This document shows positions 52,448 through 63,470 of a stretch of 64,000 bases of DNA, piece after piece (position 1 is the first letter of the stretch; each line of letters begins with the position of its first letter). The translations under genes and the position numbers were made by a program. The DNA lies in the NCBI GenBank assembly GCA_963797555.1, contig CAWCPV010000013.1, positions 53,262 through 117,261 of the forward strand. The letters run 5' to 3'. The notes under the pieces were generated by a model. It was not told the origin of the DNA. It saw only the letters and a program-made list of their open reading frames with translations, and searched no databases. Source of the stretch: an uncultured Gammaproteobacteria bacterium. GTDB taxonomy: Bacteria; Pseudomonadota; Gammaproteobacteria; CAWCPV01.

Positions 52448-55400
52448 GTGAGACTTCGCCCGGTTCTTCGTCGACCGTCCGATCTTCGCGGCGGTCCTGT
52501 CCATCATGATTTTCACCGCCGGGCTGATCGCCATCCCGCTGCTGCCGGTGAGTGAGTATCCGGAGGTGGTGCCGCCGACCGTGCAGGTGCGAGCGGTCTA
52601 CCCGGGCGCCAATCCGCAGGTGATCGCCGAGACCGTCGCGACGCCCCTCGAGGAGGCGATCAACGGCGTGGAGAACATGATGTACATGAAGTCGGTCGCA
52701 GGCGGCGACGGAGTGCTGTTGACGACCGTCACTTTCAGGCCTGGCACCGACGTCGATCTCGCCCAAGTGCAGGTGCAGAACCGCGTCAGCCAGGCCACTC
52801 GCGCGCCTGCCCGAGGATGTGCGCCGGCTCGGCGTCACCACGGAGAAGCGCTCGCCCAACCTGACCATGGTGGTGCACCTGCTCTCGCCCGACGGGCGCT
52901 ACGACATGGTGTATCTGCGCAACTACGCGGTGCTCCACATCCGCGACGAGCTGGCGCGCATCCCCGGCGTGGGCGAAGCAATGATTTTCGGCGCCGGCGA
53001 CTACTCCATGCGCATCTGGCTCGACCCGAACAAGGTCGCCGCGCGCGGCCTGACCGCGGGTGATGTGGTGCGCTCTATCCGCGAGCAGAACGTGCAGGTC
53101 TCCGCGGGCCAGATCGGCGCGACCGCCCCGGCCGCACGCGTCCGACTTCACCCTCTCGGTCAATACCCAGGGCCGCCTGGTCACCGAGGAGGAGTTCGGC
53201 AACATTATTGTCAAGACCGGTGCGACGGCGAGATACCCGACTGAGGATGTGGCGCGGATCGAGCTGGGCGCCTCCGAATATGCCTTGCGCTCGTTGCTAG
53301 ACAACCAGCAGGCGGTCGCGATTCCTGATCTTCCAGGCCCCGGGTCCAATGCACTGGAGCTTGTCGGACAACGTGCGCGCCAAGATGGAGAAGCTGGCCA
53401 CCCGTTTCCCGCAAGGTATGACATGGCAGGTCGTCTACGACCCGACCGTATTCGTACGTCATTCCATCAAGGCAGTGGTCAAGACGCTGCTGGAAGCGGT
53501 GCTGCTGGTCGTGGCCGTGGTGATCCTGTTCCTGCAGACGTGGCGCGCCTCGATCATCCCGCTGGTCGCCGTGCCGGTGTCCATCATCGGCACCTTCGCC
53601 GTGCTGCTGTTGTTCGGGTTCTCGATCAACACGCTGACGCTGTTCGGCATGGTGCTGGCCATCGGCATCGTGGTGGACGACGCGATCGTCGTGGTCGAAA
53701 ACGTCGAGCGCAACATCGCCAACGGCCTCGCGCCCAAGGCGGCGGCCCATCAAGCCATGCGCGAGGTGAGCGGGCCGATCATCGCCATCGCCCTGGTGTT
53801 GGCGGCCGTGTTCGTGCCGATGGCGTTTCTCTCCGGCGTGACCGGGCAGTTTTACCGCCAGTTCGCGGTGACCATCGCCATCTCCAGCGTGATCTCGGCC
53901 ATCAACTCGCTGACGCTCTCGCCCGCGCTCGCCGCGGTTCTGCTCAAGCCGCACGATGCCGCGCCAGACTTTCCGACGCGCGTGCTCGACCGGCTGTTCG
54001 GTTGGCTGTTCCGTCCCTTCAACCGGCTGTTCCTGCGCAGCGCACAGGGCCACTCGAAGACGGTCACCACGAGCTTGCACCGGCGCGGGCTGGTCTTCTT
54101 GCTCTACGGCGGCCTGATCGGTTTGACTTGGCTCAGCCTGCGGGCGGTGCCGGGCGGCTTCATCCCGACCCAGGACAAGCTCTATTTGATCGGCGGGCTG
54201 ACGCTGCCCGAAGGCGCCTCGCTGGACCGCACCGAGGCGTTGGTGCGCAAGATGAGCGATGTCGCGCTGTCAACCGAAGGCGTGGAGCATGCCGTGGGCT
54301 TCCCCGGCCTCAACGCGCTGCAGTTCACCAACACCTCCAATACCGGCACCATCTTCTTCCCGCTGCGGCCCTTCGATGAGCGCACGCGTTCGGCCGCCGA
54401 GATCGCCGGGGAGCTGATGGCCAAGTTCGCCAGCCTCCAGGAGGGCTTCGCTTTCGCCATCATGCCGCCGCCGATCCTGGGCCTCGGTACCGGCGCGGGT
54501 TTCTCGCTCTCTTCAGGACCGCGCCGGGCTGGGTTACGGCGAGCTGCACAACGCGGTGCAGGGCCTGTCCGGTGCGCTCAGCCAGGTGCCCGGCATGGAA
54601 CACCCCATCACCTCCCACCAGGCGAACGTGCCGCAGCTCGATGCGGAGGTGGATCGCACCAAGGCCAAGGCTCAGGGTGTGTCACTGACTGACCTGTTCG
54701 AAACCCTGCAGGTGTATCTGGGCTCGATGTACGTCAACGACTTCAGCCGCTTCGGCCGTACCTACCAGGTGTTCGCCCAGGCCGACGCCCCGTTTCGCGA
54801 TCGGGTCGAGGACATCGGCGAGCTGCGCACCCGCAACCAGGCGGGACAGATGGTTCCCATCGGCAGCGTGGTCACGGTCCACCGGAGCTACGGCCCCGAT
54901 CCGGTGATCCGATACAACGGCTATCCGGCGGCCGACCTCATCGGCCAGTCCGATGCGCGCGTGCTTTCCTCCAACCAAGCGATCGCGGCCGTGTCCGCGA
55001 TCGCGCCGCGGGTGCTGCCGAACGGCATGAGCTTCGAATGGACCGATCTCAGCTACCAGCAGGTCACCCAGGGAACTCGGCATCGATCGCGTTCCCGCTC
55101 TCCGTGCTGCTGGTGTTCCTGGTGCTCGCCGCGCTCTACGAGAGCTGGAACCTGCCGCTCGCGGTGATCCTGATCGTGCCCATGTCGGTGCTGTCGGCGC
55201 TGTCGGCGCTGTTCGGCGTCTGGTTGACGGGCGGCGACAACAACATCTTCGTGCAGGTCGGCCTGGTGGTGCTGATGGGCCTCGCCTGCAAGAACGCTAT
55301 CCTGATCGTCGAGTTCGCGCGCGAGCTGGAACACCAGGGGCGCGGCATCGTCGCGGCAGCGATCGAGGCGAGCCGCCTGCGCCTGCGGCCGATCGTGATG

Positions 55401-55640
55401 ACTTCGGTCGCCTTCATCGCCGGCGTGGAGCCGCTGGTTCTCTCCAGCGGCGCTGGCGCCGAGGTCCGCCACGCCACAGGGGTCACCGTGTTCGCCGGCA
55501 TGATCGGGGTGACCCTGTTCGGCCTTTTTCTGACACCGGTGTTTTACGTGGCACTGCGCACCCTGGCCGCACGACGCACCCGCGGGGCGGCAAGCGCGCC
55601 GATGCCGTTTCTGAACGTCAGGAAGCCAAGCCGTGCGTAG
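52448..55640 (+). pseudogene. HAE1-type RND efflux permease with multiple frameshifts
   Basis: FFVDRPIF, YPEVVPP, YSMRIWLDP, IGIVVDDAIVVVENVER, LAALYESW, KNAILIVEFA, RLRPIVMTS spread over several frames. Confidence 0.9.
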
Positions 55641-55971
55641 GCCGCTGCTCGCAAACGTGACCGCCACCCTGACGGGTGCACGCTGGCGGGCCCAGGATTA
55701 CGTGCGCCCGGAACAGCACGGTTGACAGCTCCTGCCCTTGGCATCTTCTGCTGCACCCGGCCACTCTCATGACGCCTCGCCGACCTCGCGGATATCTGCC
55801 TGCTGAAACTCGGGGACCGCGCGCCCCGAAAAGAGGAACTCTATGACGTGATCGGCCCGCGGATCAGCCGGTCGAGCATGCGTGCCGCATGAGCTTTCTC
55901 ACGCGTGCATCCGCGCATCCAGAGAAACACGGGGAGGAGACTGGAGACATCGGACAGGCCATTCTGTGATG

Positions 55972-56765
55972 TCATTGCCCGAACAGATCCATTGGCGTTG
56001 GCTCAGCCGGCTCTATCGGTCGTTGGGGCAGAGTCGGCAGAGACACCGCGGGAATGAAATGCTCAGTCGTCGGGTTTGTGAGCTTGGCGAGCAGTTCCTC
56101 GATGGTCGCTTCCGGCTCTCGCTCAATGAATCGCAGCACCGAAGCGCGCAGGTATTCCAACGAGGCGTCGAAAGATAGCCAGCGTCGGCCAAGGCGCTCC
56201 GCGGCGACCCCGGTGGTGTTCGAGCCCGCGAAGATATCGAGCACGAGGTTACCAGGCTCGGTCAAGAACTTGATGAAAAACGCGGGCAATTCCTCCGGGA
56301 ACCGGGCGGGATGGCGCTCGAGGTTGTGCTTCTTGCACATCCGAAGGTAGAAGGAGTTGCTATCGGTGTTGGGGATCGACAGCAGGTTTGGCGGGATGGC
56401 GCCGCCGTTGTCCGCCCCGAACCCCCTGCTGATGTCGTGTCCGGAGGGTCGCTTGCTGGGCTGGTAGAAGCTGTCCGGGTCTGCGATAAGCTTTTTCATC
56501 CTCTCGGAGTATGGGGCCAGAACCTTGCGCACGTCGGCCTTCGGCTCCGGCGTCTTGCTGAACCACCACACCGTGTTCACCGAGTCCTTTGCCCGGATCT
56601 TCCGTTTGTTGACCCATTCGATCGGGGAGGGCAATTTTGCCGGGTTGAACCAGTAGAAGTCCTCTGCGAGAAAGAGCCCGACCTCGTCGCAAAGCGCGAT
56701 GAGCACTCTGAAGTTGTACAGCGAGCGCCGGCCTGGTAAGCCCCGCCCAGGTCCAGCACGAAGTG
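55972..56765 (-). pseudogene. site-specific N4/N6 DNA methyltransferase (M.PvuII-like), 5'-truncated
   Basis: FVLDLGGAY, NPAKLPSPIEWVNKRK, HPARFP, VLDIFAGSNTTG; catalytic (S/D)PP(Y/F) motif not found; frameshift near 56730. Confidence 0.8.
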
Positions 56766-57183
56766 ACGTGGTAGAGCCCGCCGGCAAATCGGCGGGAAGC
56801 AATCTACCTCGATGACCACGACCGGGGGGAGTGGCTCGGCCTATTCGGCGAGGTCTGTGATCGATTCCATTGCTCGGGCCGTTCGTGTTCGTGGCCGTAG
56901 GTACTCCGCGCTGCGGATGACGAATTACGCTTGACCCCTCCCGGTTACGTTTGCTATAAGCCGCACTTAGACTGGGACGGGACTCACACAAGACTGAGGG
57001 AGCGGTCCATGCGTGTAGACATCCGCGTGACGGAGCCTGAGTTAAGCGGCGGCAATATGAACCACACAGACACAAGCACCACAGTTTCACGCGCTGAATC
57101 AAGCGGTGCAGTTCAACATGTCTTGTCTATGGTGCTGCTGCACGGGTTATAAATGCTATCCGTTATCCCGAAAAGGTGTATAC

Positions 57184-57446
57184 ATGCCGAAACGGTCGAA
57201 CAAGTTTCAGAAGCTTATCACTGCAATTCACGCATGCATAGGAAATGGGGTATCTGTGGGGGAGTCCGCTTTCCTGATAGATCGGGAAACCGGCGAAGAA
57301 CGGGAGGTTGATATTCTCCTACAATCACAGCTCGGAGACTACCCAGTCCTTATATCTGTTGAAGTGAATGAGCGCTCTCGGCGAGCAAGCTCGGGTTGGG
57401 TTGAAGAAATGACCGGGAAGCATAAAGCCCTTGCGACTAACAAACT
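57184..57446 (+). pseudogene. PD-(D/E)xK restriction endonuclease-like gene truncated by IS1380
   Basis: MPKRSNKFQ..TGEEREVDILL..ISVEV..WVEEM..KH; cut at the IS1380 end at 57447; AT-rich. Confidence 0.65.
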
Positions 57447-58629
57447 CCTGATTCCGTGACTTCGCGTCTCAGCGGATGGCCGCAACCTGCTGATTTATCA
57501 TTGCAGTTCAGCTAAAATCGGGCCGCACTCCAGCTCACCCGGCAGGTGAACGATGAAGCGGTTCATCTTGGAGCAGTCCGATGAGGAATTTTACACCTCC
57601 CATTCTGGTCTGGCCTTGGTCGGTCTTTGCGTCAACCGCTTTAGCGGGTTGGGCAAGGCGCTGAAGCAGGCGATCCCGCTACGCCACGGCATCTCCCATG
57701 AAGACGTAGCCAAGAGCTATCTGGGGTTGATGTGTTTGGGCAAGAGCGACTTCGAAGCGGTCTCCAACGTCCGAGAGGACGATTTCTTCCGCCAGGCGTT
57801 GGGGCTGGAGCGGGTACCCTCGCCAGAAACGCTGAGGCAGCGTCTCGACGAGCACGCAGCGGTCCTGCGGGTAAGGTCATTGACGAGGCCGATATCGAGT
57901 TCATGGTCAACGCCAAGGCACCGGTCAGTGCGCTCAAGACCGGTCATGTGCCGGTGGACATCGATGTCTTTCCCATGGACAACTCCGGGACCAAGCAAGA
58001 AGGAGTCTCGCGCACCTACCACGGCTATGACGGTTATGCGCCAATCGCGACCTACGTGGGAACCGAAGGGTGGTGCGTCGGCTGTGAGCTGCGAGAAGGC
58101 AAGCAGCACAGTCAGAAGGAATTCGGCTAGGTCTGGGAGCGCATCCTGCCGCGGGCCAGGCGCCTGACCAAACTGCCGCTGCTGGTGCGCCAGGACAGCG
58201 CCCACGACGCCTTGGAGAACCGGCTGCGCTACCTCGAAGAGGAGGTGGACTTCATTATCCAGTGGAACCCTCGGGGCGAGGACCCTGCCCATTGGCTGGA
58301 GCGCGCCGAGCGCCAAGGGGCATGGGAGACACCCCGACCCGGCAAGCGCGTGGCGCTGTTCAGCGTCGTCGAGGAGCACCCCCATCGGGAGCACACCTAC
58401 CACGTTCGCCGGGTGATGCGGGTGACCGAGCGCACCATCGACAAGAAGGGCCAGGCGCTGTTGGTACCGGAGCTGGAGCTCGATGGCTGGTGGACCTCGC
58501 TCGCCTATCCGGACGCGGAGATCGTCGCCCTGTACCGTGACCACGGCACCTCCGAGCAGTTCCACAGCGAGTTCAAGACCGACCTCGATATCGAACGGCT
58601 GCCCTCCGGGAAATTCGACACCAATGACC
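57447..58629 (+). mobile_element. IS1380-family element, degenerate and 3'-truncated by IS66
   Basis: End CCTGATTCCGTGACTTCG; homologous to 61640..62965 but with a frameshift near 57870 and an in-frame TAG at 58128. Confidence 0.88.
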
Positions 58630-58721
58630 GTAACCGTTCAGACCCTCCCACCAGTTGATCGATGCGTTAAGAGCGCGTCCAGCGCAGCAGAGCCGCTCGG
58701 CTTGTCGTACACTCCCGGCTC

Positions 58722-59631
58722 ATGGATCAAGAGCCCTCTATTCCGCAGGCGATCACGGCGAGCGGCCGGAGCTTTACCGAAGAGGAGATCTCCGCCATCG
58801 TCCGAATGGTGTCGATGTGCGTGGGCCTGAGTCGTTTTGAGCTGGCGCAGACCATCTGTGAGCTGCTGGGGTGGAGACGGGACAACGGAGCCCTGAAGTC
58901 CCGCGAGTGTCGGGATCTACTGGAGCGGTTGGAAGCTCGGGGGGATCTGGGGCTTCCCGCCAAGCGCACGGGCAGGCCCAAGGGGCGGCGCACCTGCACT
59001 GCGCAGACCGATCGGGGCGAACGCCGCGGCGAGATTGCCGGTGCGCTGCAGGAGGTGGCCCCGGTGGAGCTTCAGTTAGTGCGCCAGGCCGAGGGACGGG
59101 CATTGTGGCGCGAGCTTCTCGCGCGCTATCACTACTTGGGCTATGCCACACCCTTTGGGGCCCAGTTGGTCTATCTCATCTGCTCCCAGCGCCGGGAGGG
59201 GGAGGTGTTGGGCGGGCTCACCTACACCAGCCCGGCCTGGCGCATGCAGGCCCGCGATGCGTGGATTCGGCTGGGACGAGAGAGCGCGCAAAGCGCACCT
59301 CGCACGCATCGTCAATCAGGGGCGCTTCCTGATTCTGCCCTGGGTGAAAGTGCCTCATCTGGCGAGCCACGTGCTGGCCTTGGGCAGCCGGCGCATCGTA
59401 GGGGATTGGGAGCGCCACTATGGGCTGCGTCCCTGGCTGCTGGAGACCCTGGTGGACCCGGCCCGCTTTGCCGGGACCTGCTACCGGGCGGCCAACTGGT
59501 GCGAGGTGGGCGAGACCAGCGGACGCGGGCGCATGGACCGTGCGCACCAACGCCATGGCAGAGCGATAAAGCGGGTCTTCCTCTACGCTCTGCACCCGCA
59601 GGCCAGAGAGCGCCTGCGCGGTGAGCGCTGA
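58722..59631 (+). pseudogene. DUF4338 (DruA-like) protein, frameshift near 59267
   Basis: Translations identical to 19532..20441. Confidence 0.82.
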
Positions 59632-59633
59632 AC

Positions 59634-61202
59634 TCAAGCGGGCGCAGGAAGCGGCGGTGCCTCAAAGCCGCGGCGTCGGTGGGCGAGGACATCTCTGAGA
59701 TAGCACAGCGGGGAGCTCAATCGCAGCCGAGAAGTCTCGATCACACTGGCGAGCAGCGCCAGCGCCCGGCTGCCTTGTTCGCTGCGGGTCCCCTGGCTGA
59801 TGCGACGCAGAATCACCCAGTGACGCAGCGCCCGCTCCGCCACGTTGTTGGTCAGCGGCAGCTGAGGCTCATCCAACACCCGGAAGATCGCCTCCCAGTC
59901 GTTGAGCAGCTCCTTGCCCAGCGCCTGGGCCTTGTCATAAGGGCAGCAGCTCATGCGTTCACACAGGGCCGTGAGCTCGTTGAGCTCGCCCGGGTGGGCT
60001 TGCCGCAGGGAGCCGCCCGGTCCCTCGCGGGCGTGATAGACGGCCTGCATCAGCGCATCGAGCAGGTCATAGACCGCCTGGCCGTAGCCCTGGAGGGTGG
60101 GCGAGAGGCAATCCCTCAGGCCCCGGGCCTTGCGAATGAGATGCGCCCAGCAACGCAGGCGCTTGGCATAGTCCCGATAGACCTGGTACCCATCGCTCAT
60201 CAGATAGCCGCAGAAGAGATCCTCGATGAGGTTCTGAAACATCTCTTTGGCGCGAGAGCCGACCAAGAACAGCGCCGTCGAGGCCGAGATGAACACCCAT
60301 AACCACAAGGGCTCTCCCCATTGCTTGTGCGGTGTCTCATCGGCATGCATGAGGGCCGCTTCCAGCAACTGGGTCACCAGCTCATCCTCGACCGGCTCGC
60401 AGGCACGGGCGGTCTCCATCACGCATTGGTGGAGGGTGCCGATGCCGAGCGCCAGCCCAAACACCTCGTGCAGGAACTCCCGGACCAGGCGGATGGACAG
60501 GCGCATCCGAAACCGCAGCCAGACGATGAAGGCGCACAATCCCGGCCCCACCAGGCGCCACTCGCCAAGCTCCACCCCTCGCCAGCATCCCAAGTGCTCG
60601 GGCGCGCGGTGCGGCGCCTGCCGGGTCTCATGACCACAGTCGCAACGGCTCTGGTAGTATACCTGCCGCGTGCAGGTCAGGCGCAGCCCCGGCGCCTGCT
60701 CATCGCCAAAGACCAAGTCCAGCCTATCAAAGGCGGTGTAGGGCTTCGCCTGCTCAGGATTGAGCGCCCCACCACACAGCGCACAACTTCCCGGCCGATG
60801 ATGGTCCCAATCGGTGACTGTCAGCTTCTGGGCGCGCCCGAATCCCTGGGAGCCAGGCTGCCGGCCCGCTCGGCGCTGCGTCCCTGAGGTCTTGCCACTC
60901 GTGTCCTTTGCGCCCTTCTGGCCGCCAGCCCCGGGGAGGCCATCCTCCTCAGAACGGCTCTTGGCCTCCTCGTCCTCAGGACCGGCGTCGGCCTCTTCGT
61001 CCTCCCGCGCACGCAGCCAGGGGTCTTGACTGCTCGGCGGACGAGAGCTATTGGAGGGACTCTGATTGAGCCGCTCCCACGCTTCCTTGAGATCCTGCAG
61101 CAGGCGGATGCTCAGCGCTGCCAGCGCATCGGGATCCTTCTGCCTCAGCTCCAGAATGCGCTCCTCGCTGAGCTGACGAAGGTCGTGCTCCTTGAGCACC
61201 AT
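59634..61202 (-). CDS. IS66-family transposase TnpC
   Basis: Matches copy 1 except GELNEL/GEINEL and DWEAIF/DWGAIF. Confidence 0.93.
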   Translation of the reverse strand: MVLKEHDLRQLSEERILELRQKDPDALAALSIRLLQDLKEAWERLNQSPSNSSRPPSSQDPWLRAREDEEADAGPEDEEAKSRSEEDGLPGAGGQKGAKDTSGKTSGTQRRAGRQPGSQGFGRAQKLTVTDWDHHRPGSCALCGGALNPEQAKPYTAFDRLDLVFGDEQAPGLRLTCTRQVYYQSRCDCGHETRQAPHRAPEHLGCWRGVELGEWRLVGPGLCAFIVWLRFRMRLSIRLVREFLHEVFGLALGIGTLHQCVMETARACEPVEDELVTQLLEAALMHADETPHKQWGEPLWLWVFISASTALFLVGSRAKEMFQNLIEDLFCGYLMSDGYQVYRDYAKRLRCWAHLIRKARGLRDCLSPTLQGYGQAVYDLLDALMQAVYHAREGPGGSLRQAHPGELNELTALCERMSCCPYDKAQALGKELLNDWEAIFRVLDEPQLPLTNNVAERALRHWVILRRISQGTRSEQGSRALALLASVIETSRLRLSSPLCYLRDVLAHRRRGFEAPPLPAPA

Positions 61203-61400
61203 GATTGTGTGTGACAGTGAGGTCGAGGAACATCCTGCCAAGGGCACCCAACTGTCTCACGCTGGAACCGTTTTGTCCAGCCCTCCGGGTCAAAATATTC
61301 CAGGGGGGTGAACGGTTACGTCCTGTGCCAGGTCGAACTGAAACGTATGCTGCTATAACACGGTCACAACTGTCGGAATATGAACTCAGTCTATTATTGT

Positions 61401-63071
61401 CCTGGATCCGTGACTTCGGACTCTGAGCAGTCGGAAGGGAGGAGAATGGGAGCTATTCGCAGTTGAGTTGGTTAGTTTTTGGCCAACCGGGCGACACTGG
61501 CTGTGCGGAGAAGGCATGGATCCTCGTCGGCGCAGGGGTGATGGCGGGACTTTGCCCCTTTGGCCCTGACTTTAGGGCGTAGGTCCTACACCGGGGCCGG
61601 TGGGGGCCGGGCCGAGGTTCTATTCTGATGTCGTCCTAGCTACCCGAAGGCGAGCTGGTAATACACTTGCTCGAAGGCGCGGAAGCCGGGACTACAGAGC
61701 CGGCTGAAGCGCAGCTTCAGTCTGCGGGCAGTGGCGACCAACCGGGCAGCGAGATACATCAGCTCCTGGATGACGGTCTTGAGCCGCCTACGCTTGGCCG
61801 GATGGCGCAGGGGAGCAGCCTCGCCGGTGAGCCCAATCAACCCAATGAAGCGCAGGATGTTGTAGGCGAATACCGCAAAGGCGAGCACCAGATCGTTGGT
61901 GTCGAATTTCCCGGAAGGCAGCCGCTCAATGTCGAGGTCGGTCTTGAACTCACTGTGGAACTGTTCAGAGGTGCCGTGGTCCTGGTACAGGGCAATGATC
62001 TCCTCGTCCGGGTAGGCCAGGGAAGTCCACCAGCCCTCGATCTCAAGCTCCGGCACGAGTAGGACTTGGCCCTTCTTGTCGATGCTGCGCTCGGTCACCC
62101 GCATGACCCGGCGAACGCAGTAGGTATGGCCTTGATGGGGGTGCTCCTCGATGACGCTGAACAGCGCTATCCGCTTGCCGGGTCGCGGCGTCTCCCATCC
62201 CCCTTGGCGCTCGGCGCGCTCAAGCCACTGCGCAGGGTCCTCGCCTCGGGGGTTCCACTTGATAATGAAGCCCACTTCCTCTTCTACATAGCGCAGCCGA
62301 TTCTCCACGGCGTCGTGGGCGCTGTCCTGGCGCGCCAGCAGAGGCAGGGGAGTCAACCGCCTGGCCCGCGGCAGGAGGCGCTCCCAGACGTAGCGGAATT
62401 CCTTCTGGCTGTGCTGTTTGCCTGCGCGCAGCTCACAGGCCAGACCCCAGCCTTCGGTTCCCAGATAGGCCGCGATCGGCGCGTAGCCGTCATAGCCGTG
62501 GTAGGTGCGCGAGCCCCCTTCCTTCTGGGTCCCGGAGTTGTCCATGGGAAACACATCGATGTCGAGCGGCACATGGCCGGTCTTGAGGGGGCTCACCGGC
62601 ACCTTGGCGTTGGCCATGAACTCGATATTGGCCTCGTCAATCACCCGTAGCATGACCGGTGCGTGCTCATCAAAACGCTGCCTCAACGTTTCCGCCGAAG
62701 GCACCCGCTCCATCCCCAGCGCCTGCCCGAAGAAATCGTCCCCTCGGACGTTCGCGACAGCTTCGAAGTCGCTCTTACCCAAACACATCAACCCCAGATA
62801 GCTCTTGGCTATGTCTTCATGGGAGATGCCGTGGCGCAGCGGAATGGCCTGCTTCAGCGCCTTGCCCAGGCCGGTAAAGCGGTTGACACAAAGACCGACC
62901 AAGGCCAGACCAGAATGAGAGGTGTAGAATTCCTCATCGGACTGCTCCAAGATGAACCGCTTCATCGTTCACCTGCCGGGTGAGTTGGGGTGCGGCCCGA
63001 TTTTAGCTGAATCGCCACGATAAATCAGCAGGTTGCGGCCATCCGGGAAGACCCGAAGTCACGGAATCAGG
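61401..63071 (-). mobile_element. IS1380-family insertion sequence, intact
   Basis: IRs CCTGGATCCGTGACTTCGG / CCGAAGTCACGGAATCAGG; 5-bp TSD ATTGT. Confidence 0.92.
61640..62965 (-). CDS. IS1380-family transposase
   Basis: LDIDV, TYHGYDGYAP, LRAGKQH, RQDS, SEQFHSEFK, LPSGKF. Confidence 0.9.
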   Translation of the reverse strand: MKRFILEQSDEEFYTSHSGLALVGLCVNRFTGLGKALKQAIPLRHGISHEDIAKSYLGLMCLGKSDFEAVANVRGDDFFGQALGMERVPSAETLRQRFDEHAPVMLRVIDEANIEFMANAKVPVSPLKTGHVPLDIDVFPMDNSGTQKEGGSRTYHGYDGYAPIAAYLGTEGWGLACELRAGKQHSQKEFRYVWERLLPRARRLTPLPLLARQDSAHDAVENRLRYVEEEVGFIIKWNPRGEDPAQWLERAERQGGWETPRPGKRIALFSVIEEHPHQGHTYCVRRVMRVTERSIDKKGQVLLVPELEIEGWWTSLAYPDEEIIALYQDHGTSEQFHSEFKTDLDIERLPSGKFDTNDLVLAFAVFAYNILRFIGLIGLTGEAAPLRHPAKRRRLKTVIQELMYLAARLVATARRLKLRFSRLCSPGFRAFEQVYYQLAFG

Positions 63072-63229
63072 ATTGTACCATTGCCTGAGCATACACGGCC
63101 GACGATACGACTTTGCGCAATCGGTAAGAGAATTGGACTTGTTGAGATACATCCGGAACGAAAGGGGGCGGCCCGAGGACTTCGGATACTTGTGCGGCAA
63201 GCTCTAGAAACCCCGCTCGGACCCGTCCT

Positions 63230-63470
63230 GGAACTGGCGGCAGTTGCTGATAGGCCGCGTCAAGATCGTTGTTCTTCCCCTTGTACTCCCACCCGAAGCA
63301 GCCGCGCTTCCAGACATCGGCCCAGCCCTTGCCTCCGGTCGTCTTGGTGGCGCCCTTCTCGAACACGTGTACCAGGTGCCGCCGGGTCAGCCTCGGTGGC
63401 GTCGGCTGCCCGCGGCCCTCTCGGTGAGGGTGGATGCCTTCCACTTGTTGATGAACTGGTGTGCGTCCAC
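63230..63470 (-). pseudogene. MmeI-like type IIL restriction-modification enzyme, N-terminal fragment
   Basis: FINKWKASTLTE.. and FEKGATKTTGGKGWADVWKRGCFGWEYKGK..DLDAAYQQL; frameshifted and truncated. Confidence 0.75.

Larger units (their letters stand above)
58630..61319 (-). mobile_element. IS66-family element with DUF4338 passenger, copy 2
   Basis: Same 2690-bp length and IRs as 17844..20533, inverted; flanks differ (CAATGACC vs GTCCTGTG), so no TSD. Confidence 0.93.
61320..63207 (+). pseudogene. 3' remnant of a putative abortive-infection (putAbiC-like) gene split by IS1380
   Basis: Removing 61401-63071 plus one ATTGT restores TYAAITRSQLSEYELSLLLYHCLSIHG..F..V..LDLL to TAG at 63207. Confidence 0.6.

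Noticed and set aside
58128-58130. Amber readthrough in the IS1380 transposase
   Set aside because: The other copy has TAC here and this copy has further lesions, so it is a nonsense mutation
17844-61319. Composite transposon or past inversion bounded by the two IS66 copies
   Set aside because: Copy 1 keeps its own TSD on both sides and flanks are not exchanged, so the insertions look independent
57447-63071. Composite transposon from the inverted IS1380 pair
   Set aside because: Copy 2 has its own ATTGT TSD and the two copies are diverged
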